Shown piece after piece: positions 1 to 7,774 of a stretch of DNA of 64,000 bases. Below the pieces are notes generated by a model. The model was not told where the DNA came from, ran no database searches, and saw only the letters and a program-made list of their open reading frames with translations. The stretch is from assembly GCA_038064195.1 (NCBI GenBank), contig JBBTTO010000003.1, positions 114,428 to 178,427 of the forward strand, given 5' to 3'. Both the position numbers and the translations under genes were made by a program. The DNA comes from Patescibacteria group bacterium (GTDB lineage Bacteria > Patescibacteriota > Microgenomatia > Levybacterales > UBA12049). The first letter of the stretch is position 1; each line of letters starts with the position of its first letter.

Positions 1-473
1 TAGATCTTCGTTTGGGCAATGCCTTCAGAATTTTTGAACATAGTAAAAACCCCTTTATCGATCCGACGCGTAAAGATTTTACCAACGATATTACCCGTGA
101 GATCAAAATTAAAAAAGGTGAGCGCTTTATGATGCAGCCGGGGGATTTCGTCCTGGCCGTAACCTTGGAAAAAGTGACCATCAGTCCCGATCTCTTAGGT
201 AGACTTGAGGGGAGGTCATCACTTGGTAGACTCGGGATTGTCGTTCATTCGACTGCTTCTATTTTTGATCCCGGCTGGGATGGTAACCCCGTGCTGGAAC
301 TGGGCAATCTCGGCCGTATAGCAGTCGCGTTGTATCCCGGGATGCGTATCTGTGCCATGACTTTTGAAGAACTCTCAAGTCCGGCGGAAGTGCCTTATGT
401 CAAGAAAAAAGTTGCCAAATATACTTTTCAGGCAGGACCTGAGGCGAGTCGCTTCCACTTGGATAATAAGTAG
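1..473 (+). CDS. dcd: dCTP deaminase/dUTPase-family protein, 5'-truncated by window edge
   Basis: Frame open from nt 3; aligns to the Dcd core (GRSSLGRLGIVVHSTA...DPGWDG...LELGN) starting ~40 aa into a typical Dcd, so the ATG at 12 is internal. Confidence 0.75.
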   Translation, partial: DLRLGNAFRIFEHSKNPFIDPTRKDFTNDITREIKIKKGERFMMQPGDFVLAVTLEKVTISPDLLGRLEGRSSLGRLGIVVHSTASIFDPGWDGNPVLELGNLGRIAVALYPGMRICAMTFEELSSPAEVPYVKKKVAKYTFQAGPEASRFHLDNK

Positions 474-553
474 TTTTAATTTATTATTTTCAACAAAGGT
501 GGACTGTTGAAGTATGTCTAATAGTGAATTTAATAAAAGCTATAAATTGATTT

Positions 554-1231
554 ATGATTTATCACGTAGAGTTTGATCTCGATTTTAAAAGAAATCTTTA
601 CGACGGATGTTTTATCGCGCTTGAAGGAATTGATGGTAGCGGAAAATCAACACAGGCACAGAAATTAAAAGAAATTCTTGAGAAAAAAGGAAGAAAAGTC
701 GTTGTCCGGAATCCTTTTGAAGGAGAGATAGGCGTATTTGTTAGAACAATTTTGGCAGGTGAAAGAAGAGTTTCACCCATTGCTTTACAATATATAATCT
801 CAGCCAATCGAGCAGCACAACAGGAGGGGATCATAAAAGATCTCAAAGACGGATTTGATGTAATTATCGACCGTTATTTCTGGTCAGCAGTCGCGTACGC
901 AATTCTTGATCATCCTACCGCTGATAAAGAAGATATGAAGCAATGGCTCTTGGTCAGTCAAAGCATTTTATCTCATTATCATCAATTTTTACTGCCTGAT
1001 ATCACGTTTTTCTTAGATATCTCCTCAAGAACTGCATCAGTACGTCTTGACTTGATGGAGAAGGAAAAAGAGATTTATGAGGAGGAATCCAAAATAAAAA
1101 AGATTGAAAAGATTTATGAATGGTTGGTTGGGGAATTTCCAGCAGAATTTGTAACAGTCAATGGTGAGCAGCCAATTGAAAAAGTAACAGATGAATTGCT
1201 CAGGCATATCGAAATGTGTAAAAATACATAA
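554..1231 (+). CDS. tmk: thymidylate kinase
   Basis: P-loop LEGIDGSGKSTQ, DRY motif, typical dTMP kinase length. Confidence 0.9.
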   Translation: MIYHVEFDLDFKRNLYDGCFIALEGIDGSGKSTQAQKLKEILEKKGRKVVVRNPFEGEIGVFVRTILAGERRVSPIALQYIISANRAAQQEGIIKDLKDGFDVIIDRYFWSAVAYAILDHPTADKEDMKQWLLVSQSILSHYHQFLLPDITFFLDISSRTASVRLDLMEKEKEIYEEESKIKKIEKIYEWLVGEFPAEFVTVNGEQPIEKVTDELLRHIEMCKNT

Positions 1232-1232
1232 T

Positions 1233-1772
1233 ATGATTTTAGGACCGAAATTATTACTTCAGTTAGTCAAAAAGAAAAAACTTGTTGAAAATCTTTCCGA
1301 GCGGGAATTAACCAATCCCGAAGGGGCTGGTTTTGACTTACGACTTGGTGAAGTCTTCAAAATTTCAGGTAACGCTTTTCTTGGTGAGACTCACAGACAG
1401 ACACCAGGTATCGAATCTGTTATGGTCTATGATCCTAAAAAGCCTAAGAGTATCAAGATAAAACCGGGTGATTTTTTCTTAGTCAAAACAATTGAAAAAA
1501 TAAATCTTCCTCTTGATCTGTCCGCAGTGATTTTACCCAGAACGACTACGTTCAGGTCAGGGCTTTTTATTCGCACGGGTCCCATCCAGCCGGGGTACTC
1601 AGGGGAATTGACCTTTGGTCTAAAAAATGAAGGTCCGATAACAGTTGAGATCGAAATGGGAGCACGATTTACGCATGTTGTCTTTAGTGAGATAAAAGGT
1701 GAGGGAAGTAAGTATCGCGGACAGTGGCAGGGTGGCCGCGTCAGCTCAAGTAAAAAAGAAAAACAAGTCTAG
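1233..1772 (+). CDS. second dCTP deaminase/dUTPase-family protein (possible bifunctional Dcd-Dut or Dut)
   Basis: ILPRTTTFRSGLFIRTGPIQPGYSGELTFGLKN matches the dUTPase/Dcd beta-barrel signature; the likely start is the ATG at 1233, 1 nt after the tmk stop (the listed ORF starts at 1191). Confidence 0.7.
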   Translation: MILGPKLLLQLVKKKKLVENLSERELTNPEGAGFDLRLGEVFKISGNAFLGETHRQTPGIESVMVYDPKKPKSIKIKPGDFFLVKTIEKINLPLDLSAVILPRTTTFRSGLFIRTGPIQPGYSGELTFGLKNEGPITVEIEMGARFTHVVFSEIKGEGSKYRGQWQGGRVSSSKKEKQV

Positions 1773-2347
1773 CTAACTCTCCATTTCTTCTTCAACTTCT
1801 CAAAATGCGGGCGGGAGATTTCTTGAGACTTCGGTAACATTTTTTCAAAACGATCGAATTTGCGTTGGAGTCTGTCAAAATTATTTGTCTCATCAGCCCA
1901 TTTCTTGGCAGCAGTATGCAGTTTTTCATTTACATAAAAATCAATATAGTCGGCATCTTTGACGATAGATTTTTCCAGAGAGTTATTTTCATGTGAAAAA
2001 ATTTCTTCAATTTGCTTTATCTGTTTTTGGGTTAACCCCAGTTTGGGGAGTAAGTCTTTGGTCACTTCACGTCCCATTTCCTCGTGTTTTTCCAGGAGCG
2101 TTTGTTCGTCAGCCTTAACTACTTTGCCGATGTCATGAAAAAGAGCAGATAATGCCACGACGAGCGGATCCACTTCGACAGGATACCCATCAGCGATCTC
2201 AAGCGCATATTTCATGACCTGAATACTATGATCGGCCATGATATGCCAGTCGCCAAAGCTATAATGAGGGTTTTCCCTAAAGGATTTATTTACAAATTCG
2301 ACGGATTGCTGTACTGCCGGATGATTAAGCACTGGGTGATCGTGCAT
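1769..2347 (-). CDS. HD-domain phosphohydrolase
   Basis: LFHDIGK HD motif, ~190 aa. Confidence 0.7.
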   Translation of the reverse strand: MHDHPVLNHPAVQQSVEFVNKSFRENPHYSFGDWHIMADHSIQVMKYALEIADGYPVEVDPLVVALSALFHDIGKVVKADEQTLLEKHEEMGREVTKDLLPKLGLTQKQIKQIEEIFSHENNSLEKSIVKDADYIDFYVNEKLHTAAKKWADETNNFDRLQRKFDRFEKMLPKSQEISRPHFEKLKKKWRVS

Positions 2348-2417
2348 TAGCCTGATTATATCACCAAAAAAAAGTCAGGGCTTGTAAAATCAAGCAAATT
2401 CTTCTATAAACTGATCC

Positions 2418-3017
2418 ATGCCGCGTCGTACTAAAAAAATATCCCGTGATATAGAATTTCTCTATGAAATAGGGTCACTTCGCCATCTCCAAAGGTCCTG
2501 GCGACAGTTCACGCGAGTCGATGTCGCCAATAATTCAGAGCATATCTTCAGAGTGATCTGGATCGCACTTATTATTGCAAGGCGTGAGGGAGTCAAAAAT
2601 GAGGAAAAAATTATCAAGCTCGCCCTTGTCCATGATGTCGGCGAGACACGCGTTCCGGATACCAACTATCTGACGAAAATATACAGTTCACGCGATGAAG
2701 CAATGGCCATGAGCCACATTCTCAAAAATACGTCCCTTGAAAATGATTTCCATGATTTATATAAAGAATACGCAGCTAGATCGACAATTGAGGCAAAAAT
2801 CGTCAAAGACGCAGATAACTTAGATGTCGATTTTGAACTGGCAGAGATGAAAGCTCAGGGTCATACACTCAAAAAATATTGGCCGAGAACACGGGTGAGG
2901 GATAAATTATTTACCAAGACCGCCAAAAAGATATGGGAGGAGCTGCAGTCAGCTAATCCCCATGAATGGCATATTTTTGCCCATGAAGATTATGCAGCAG
3001 AGATGGATAAAAAGTGA
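2418..3017 (+). CDS. HD-domain hydrolase, YfbR-like 5'-deoxynucleotidase family
   Basis: H..LVHDVGE..D motif arrangement typical of YfbR/HD-3 nucleotidases. Confidence 0.65.
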   Translation: MPRRTKKISRDIEFLYEIGSLRHLQRSWRQFTRVDVANNSEHIFRVIWIALIIARREGVKNEEKIIKLALVHDVGETRVPDTNYLTKIYSSRDEAMAMSHILKNTSLENDFHDLYKEYAARSTIEAKIVKDADNLDVDFELAEMKAQGHTLKKYWPRTRVRDKLFTKTAKKIWEELQSANPHEWHIFAHEDYAAEMDKK

Positions 3018-3066
3018 TACAAAAATATATCTTGTAAAAATCAGCATAAAAGGGTAATGTAGTCAT

Positions 3067-3363
3067 ATGTTAACGAAAAATGATTTACAAGCAATTCAAG
3101 GAATTGTTGAAACCACGATTGATCGTAGGTTGGGTTCAGTTAACACTCAACTTGGTAAGATTAGTACGGATGTTGATCGTAGGTTGGGTTCAGTTAATGA
3201 TCAATTAGGTAAAATTAATAAAGATATAAAGTCACTGCATAGAGATACTAGGAAAATAAAAAAAGACACAGAGGCGATTATCGATCATTTTGATAAACGA
3301 GATATGCGTTTGCAAAAAAGAGTAACGAGGATAGAAGAGCATCTTGTTTTGACACCTCAGTAA
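3067..3363 (+). CDS. small coiled-coil hypothetical protein with internal 19-aa tandem repeat
   Basis: DRRLGSVNTQLGKISTDV / DRRLGSVNDQLGKINKDI encoded by a 57-bp direct duplication (3118-3174 / 3175-3231). Confidence 0.5.
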   Translation: MLTKNDLQAIQGIVETTIDRRLGSVNTQLGKISTDVDRRLGSVNDQLGKINKDIKSLHRDTRKIKKDTEAIIDHFDKRDMRLQKRVTRIEEHLVLTPQ

Positions 3364-3430
3364 AAATCAGCCAATACTGATACAGTTTGTCGTCTTGAAA
3401 ATATCCTGTAAAAGCAGTACAAAGTAACAG

Positions 3431-4435
3431 ATGAAAGCCGTGAAAAAGCATCCCGAATATCAGTATCTCGATCTTCTCCAAGAAATTCTTGATGATGGTA
3501 TCAGGAAAGTAGATAGAGGGACTGATGTGGTTCTGTATAGCTTATTCGGAAGACAAACACGGTATGATCTCTCTGCGGGTTTCCCTTTACTTACGACAAA
3601 GAAAGTCTATTGGAAAGGAGTCCTCCACGAGCTCTACTGGTTCATGTCGGGGAATTCTAACATCAAGTATTTGGTGGATAATAATGTCCATATTTGGGAT
3701 GATTATCCATTCAAAATTTATAATTGGAAAAGAGAAAAAGCCAAGCTTCCGGAATTGACGAAAGATGAGTTCATCGAAAAAATTCATGTTAATGATAAGT
3801 TTGCCAAAAAATGGGGAGAGTTACCCAAAATTTACGGTGAATCATGGCGACGCTGGCCGACCCGCATCCCAGGAAGGACGATAGATCAGCTTTCGTGGGC
3901 GATCCAGGAATTGAAAGATGATCCCGATGCCAAAAATCTGATTATTAATTCATGGAATCCGGAATACCTCTATACTATGGCGACGTATGAAGATGCATCA
4001 CGTTTCCCTATATGCCATAACATGTATCAATTTAGTAATCGAAACGGGAAATTATCGCTTCAACTATATCAGAGGAGTGCGGATATGTTCTTAGGTGTAC
4101 CATTTAATATCGCGAGTTATGCATTGCTTACGATTATTTTAGCTAAGATCAGTGGTTTGGAACCCGGTGAATTTGTACATACTTTTGGTGATGTCCATAT
4201 TTATGAGAATCACATTGAACAGGTTAAAGAGCAGTTGAAGCGCAAGCCCAAAACCCTGCCGACAATCAAACTTGATGACTCAGTTGTTTCACTTGATACA
4301 TTTACTCCTGATAAAGTTATCCTTGAGAATTACGATCCTCATCCATCTCTCAAAGGAGAGCTGACCGTTGCCGGCGGCTTCTTTGAAAAAAAGTCCAACA
4401 AAGCTGCATCTTCTCCTAAGAAGAAAAAGAAATAA
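3431..4435 (+). CDS. thyA: thymidylate synthase (long form with Lys-rich C-terminal tail)
   Basis: LHELYWF, PICHNMYQF (catalytic Cys), LQLYQRSADMFLGVPFNIASYALL. Confidence 0.9.
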   Translation: MKAVKKHPEYQYLDLLQEILDDGIRKVDRGTDVVLYSLFGRQTRYDLSAGFPLLTTKKVYWKGVLHELYWFMSGNSNIKYLVDNNVHIWDDYPFKIYNWKREKAKLPELTKDEFIEKIHVNDKFAKKWGELPKIYGESWRRWPTRIPGRTIDQLSWAIQELKDDPDAKNLIINSWNPEYLYTMATYEDASRFPICHNMYQFSNRNGKLSLQLYQRSADMFLGVPFNIASYALLTIILAKISGLEPGEFVHTFGDVHIYENHIEQVKEQLKRKPKTLPTIKLDDSVVSLDTFTPDKVILENYDPHPSLKGELTVAGGFFEKKSNKAASSPKKKKK

Positions 4436-4450
4436 GGTATAATTTCCAGT

Positions 4451-4915
4451 ATGAATAAAGAAGGTGAGGTGGTCCCGACAATTGGCGTAGTTACTTTTCG
4501 GGCTGAACAAGTCCTCCTCGTACGCCACGGAACAAAAGCCGGTCATATTCAAGATACAGTTGGTATTCCTTCAGGGAGAATTGAACTTGATGACAACCGG
4601 CAGCCAAAAGAGAGTCCGAAGGAGGCTTCAGCTAGAGAACTTCGAGAAGAGACTGGTTATGAAGTGGATGAAGTAAATCTTGCGGAGTTTGAAGGAAATC
4701 ACTTCTTGGCAGATATTCCTCGTAGTGATGGAAGTATTGTAAAGATGTCGTGGAATGTTTTTCTAGCATCTCAAATAACTGGAGAGATGAAGGAAGGGGA
4801 TGACGAGACGTCGCCTCTCTGGTATCCAGTGAATGATATCAATGATCTTAACTTGCTACCCAATGTCGCAAGTGTAATTATAAATGCTCAAAAATTTATC
4901 AATAGTCAGCGATGA
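4451..4915 (+). CDS. NUDIX hydrolase
   Basis: Nudix box E..ASARELREETGYEV. Confidence 0.75.
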   Translation: MNKEGEVVPTIGVVTFRAEQVLLVRHGTKAGHIQDTVGIPSGRIELDDNRQPKESPKEASARELREETGYEVDEVNLAEFEGNHFLADIPRSDGSIVKMSWNVFLASQITGEMKEGDDETSPLWYPVNDINDLNLLPNVASVIINAQKFINSQR

Positions 4916-5289
4916 AGATATACATAAGTCATAATCGTAAGCAGTTTAATTATAAAAAAGAATTATACGAACCGCTCAAAAATTCTCAGTTAAGTAAAGA
5001 TCATATTTTTATTTTCCCCCACGACAATAATCCGCAGTCGTTTAATGCCAAGGATTTATTTCAGAACAAAGGTTGTGATTTGGTCATCGCGGAAGTCTCC
5101 TATCCTGCAACAGGTCAGGGAATAGAGCTTGCATGGGCAAATATGTATCAGATACCCATAGTTTGTATTTACAAACAGGGGAGTGATATCTCAGGCTCTT
5201 TGTCATTTATTACCAGCAAGTTTCTTATGTATACCGATACTCAAAATATGATTGAAGATATTGCGGGATTTTTGCGACAATATGAATAA
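4912..5289 (+). CDS. nucleoside 2-deoxyribosyltransferase / dNMP N-glycosidase (DNPH1/Rcl)-like protein
   Basis: Small Rossmann-like protein with GQGIELAWA motif (conserved Glu), located in the nucleotide cluster. Confidence 0.5.
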   Translation: MKIYISHNRKQFNYKKELYEPLKNSQLSKDHIFIFPHDNNPQSFNAKDLFQNKGCDLVIAEVSYPATGQGIELAWANMYQIPIVCIYKQGSDISGSLSFITSKFLMYTDTQNMIEDIAGFLRQYE

Positions 5290-5341
5290 ACTTTTCAGGG
5301 GAGTCACCCCGCATTAGTTTGTATGGCGGGGAAACACCCCT

Positions 5342-5881
5342 TTGTATATGAATAAACCACGAATAAGTATTATCGTCGCGATGGCTGAGAACCGGGTCAT
5401 CGGGAATAAAGGTGATATCCCCTGGCATATCCCGGGTGAGCAGAAGCGGGCTAAAGACATCACCATGCCGCATCCTCTTATCATGGGGCGTAAGACGCAT
5501 GAATCAATAGGGAGAATTCTGCCAGGGAGACTAAATATCATCGTTACAACCGACACTAATTATAAAGTTGAAGGGGGAGTTGTTGTCCATTCACTTGAAG
5601 ATGCAATAGAGACAGCAACAAAAGTAGAAGAGGAACGAGTCCATAACAATTTAACAATTGAACAATTTAACAATGACGACCCTGAGATTTTCATTTTCGG
5701 TGGAGCCAATCTTTATCAACAGGCATTACCGATGGTCGATAGACTCTATCTTACTATTGTTCACAAAGATGCAGAGGGGGATGCTGTCTTTCCTGATTAT
5801 TCAGAGTTTACGAAAGAGATTGAAAGAGAAGAAAAGGAATTTGAAGGTCTCAAATATACGTATCTGACGCTGGAGAGATAG
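5342..5881 (+). CDS. folA: dihydrofolate reductase
   Basis: ISIIVAMAENRVIGNKGDIPWHIPGE...LIMGRKTHESIG. Confidence 0.9.
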   Translation: MYMNKPRISIIVAMAENRVIGNKGDIPWHIPGEQKRAKDITMPHPLIMGRKTHESIGRILPGRLNIIVTTDTNYKVEGGVVVHSLEDAIETATKVEEERVHNNLTIEQFNNDDPEIFIFGGANLYQQALPMVDRLYLTIVHKDAEGDAVFPDYSEFTKEIEREEKEFEGLKYTYLTLER

Positions 5882-5898
5882 TCTTGACCTCACCCCGA

Positions 5899-5919
5899 CC
5901 CTCTCCTTCGAGGAGAGGG
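5899..5919 (+). terminator. hairpin CCCTCTCC-TTCG-AGGAGAGGG after folA
   Basis: Perfect 8-bp GC-rich stem with TTCG loop directly after the folA stop. Confidence 0.5.
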
Positions 5920-6000
5920 AGATCAAGGAAGAGTCATTGTATTGATACATTTTGTTCTCTTGTCAGTCCAAACGCATACTTGTATACTGATCGGAATTAG

Positions 6001-7323
6001 ATGAAGAATCTCAAACAATCAGATCCGCAAATTTACGGCTTTATAAAAGAAGAAGAAAAGCGCCAAAAAGGCGTCTTGGAGATGATCGCCTCAGAAAATT
6101 ATGCTTCGAGCAGTATTCGCGAAGCATTGGGTAGCGTTCTTACTAACAAGTACTCAGAAGGATTCCCCGGTAAGCGCTATTATCAGGGCAATTCAGTGAT
6201 CGATAAGATAGAGTCCCTCGCCCAGGAAAGGGCGCAAAAATTATTTGGCGTTCCGTATGTCAATGTTCAGCCTCTTTCAGGTGCTCCTGCCAATTCCGCA
6301 GTCTATTTGGCAGTTCTGCAGAATGGTGAAAAATTAATGGGTCTTTCACTCACTTCGGGCGGCCATATTACCCATGGACACAAATTAGGTCTCTCAGGAA
6401 GGCTTTTTACTTTTGCTCACTACACGCTCGGTCAGGATGGGACGCTTAACTATGATGAGATTGAAAAGCAGGTGCTTTCCGAAAAGCCACAACTTCTCAT
6501 CTGCGGATTTACCGCCTATGCACGTAAAATTGATTTTAAGCGTTTCGGACAGATTGCCGATAAAGCAAATTGCTACCTGATGGCTGATGTCTCACATATT
6601 ACAGGGCTTATCGTTGCAGGAGTGCACCAGTCACCTGTGCCGTATGTGCATATCGTCACGACGACAACCCATAAGACATTGCGTGGACCCAGGGGTGCCA
6701 TGATCATGGTAACTGCCAAAGGCCTTAAGAAAAATCCTGATTTACCTAAAAATATCGAAACAGCGATCATCCCAGGACTTCAAGGCGGGCCGCACGATAA
6801 CCAGACTGCGGGGATTGCCGTCGCGCTTAAAGAAGCCGGAACTGCCAAATTTAAAAAATACGGGGAGCAGATTATCCTCAACGCAAGAGCATTGGCCGAA
6901 GGTTTGAAAAGTTATGGTTTTGATCTGGTCAGTGGTGGAACTGACAATCATCTGATCCTTATTGATTTGCGCAATAAAAAAGTCAATGGGCGAGTGGCTG
7001 CCATTGCTTTGGAAAAGGCTAATATTGTCCTCAATTACAACGGCGTACCGGGGGACCCGATGCCGCCGCTTTATTCAAGTGGAATCAGGCTTGGGACACC
7101 GGCGATCACGACGCGAGGGCTTAAGGAACGCGATATGAAAAAAGTTGCCAAGTGGTATAGCGATGTCATTGAAGAAGTCAAAGGCATGGAGTTGCCTGTT
7201 GATGATAGAGTCAAACGTGGAGAACTGATGAAAAAGTATCGCGCGGAGATTGAGAAGAATAAAAAGCTCGTCTCAATCGGGCGGGAAGTTGCCGCATTCG
7301 CTAACAAACTCCCACTACCCTGA
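6001..7323 (+). CDS. glyA: serine hydroxymethyltransferase
   Basis: Full-length SHMT with conserved PLP-lysine region VTTTTHKTLRGPRG. Confidence 0.95.
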   Translation: MKNLKQSDPQIYGFIKEEEKRQKGVLEMIASENYASSSIREALGSVLTNKYSEGFPGKRYYQGNSVIDKIESLAQERAQKLFGVPYVNVQPLSGAPANSAVYLAVLQNGEKLMGLSLTSGGHITHGHKLGLSGRLFTFAHYTLGQDGTLNYDEIEKQVLSEKPQLLICGFTAYARKIDFKRFGQIADKANCYLMADVSHITGLIVAGVHQSPVPYVHIVTTTTHKTLRGPRGAMIMVTAKGLKKNPDLPKNIETAIIPGLQGGPHDNQTAGIAVALKEAGTAKFKKYGEQIILNARALAEGLKSYGFDLVSGGTDNHLILIDLRNKKVNGRVAAIALEKANIVLNYNGVPGDPMPPLYSSGIRLGTPAITTRGLKERDMKKVAKWYSDVIEEVKGMELPVDDRVKRGELMKKYRAEIEKNKKLVSIGREVAAFANKLPLP

Positions 7324-7373
7324 TTTAGAATTCATAATTCAGAGTTCAGAATTTAATTCAAAGTTCGAGAATT
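7324..7373. repeat. AGAATT/CAGAAT-type repeat, left inverted repeat flanking the four-helix-bundle gene
   Basis: TTTAGAATTCATAATTCAGAGTTCAGAATTTAATTC...GAGAATT; its reverse complement matches 7741-7771 (shared AATTCATAATTCAGA). Confidence 0.6.
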
Positions 7374-7742
7374 ATTTTTTGTGTTAAGAATAATTGTTGA
7401 AAGTAGTTTTTTAATTTGATCACATTCATCCGAAGCTCTCTCTATTTCTTGCTGCATATTCTTATTGATTTCTTTTAAGAGAGCGAGCCAATAAAGAGTT
7501 TCTGAAGCAGACTTCAAAGCGATATTGAAGAAGTTTAGGAATTCTTTTTTTGAGGTACTGTTCCCACCTTCTACGACATTTGCGCCAATTGATGTCCCTG
7601 AACGGATAAGCTGGTCAAGTAGTGGCCAATTTGTTCTATTACTTCTAAGATTTTCCGACAAGGCAAGTATAACTAGAGAAAAAGAAAAGCAACGTTTTTT
7701 AAATTCTTGTTTGAACGTATTTTGCTTATTTGGCTCTCCCAT
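7353..7742 (-). CDS. four-helix-bundle protein (23S rRNA intervening-sequence protein family)
   Basis: GANVVEG core and overall pattern of the S23 ribosomal/IVS four-helix-bundle family; the start codon abuts the right IR. Confidence 0.8.
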   Translation of the reverse strand: MGEPNKQNTFKQEFKKRCFSFSLVILALSENLRSNRTNWPLLDQLIRSGTSIGANVVEGGNSTSKKEFLNFFNIALKSASETLYWLALLKEINKNMQQEIERASDECDQIKKLLSTIILNTKNNSRTLN

Positions 7743-7771
7743 TCTGAATTCTAAAATCTGAATTATGAATT
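7741..7771. repeat. right inverted repeat partner of 7324-7373
   Basis: ATTCTGAATTCTAAAATCTGAATTATGAATTA. Confidence 0.6.
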
Positions 7772-7774
7772 AGT

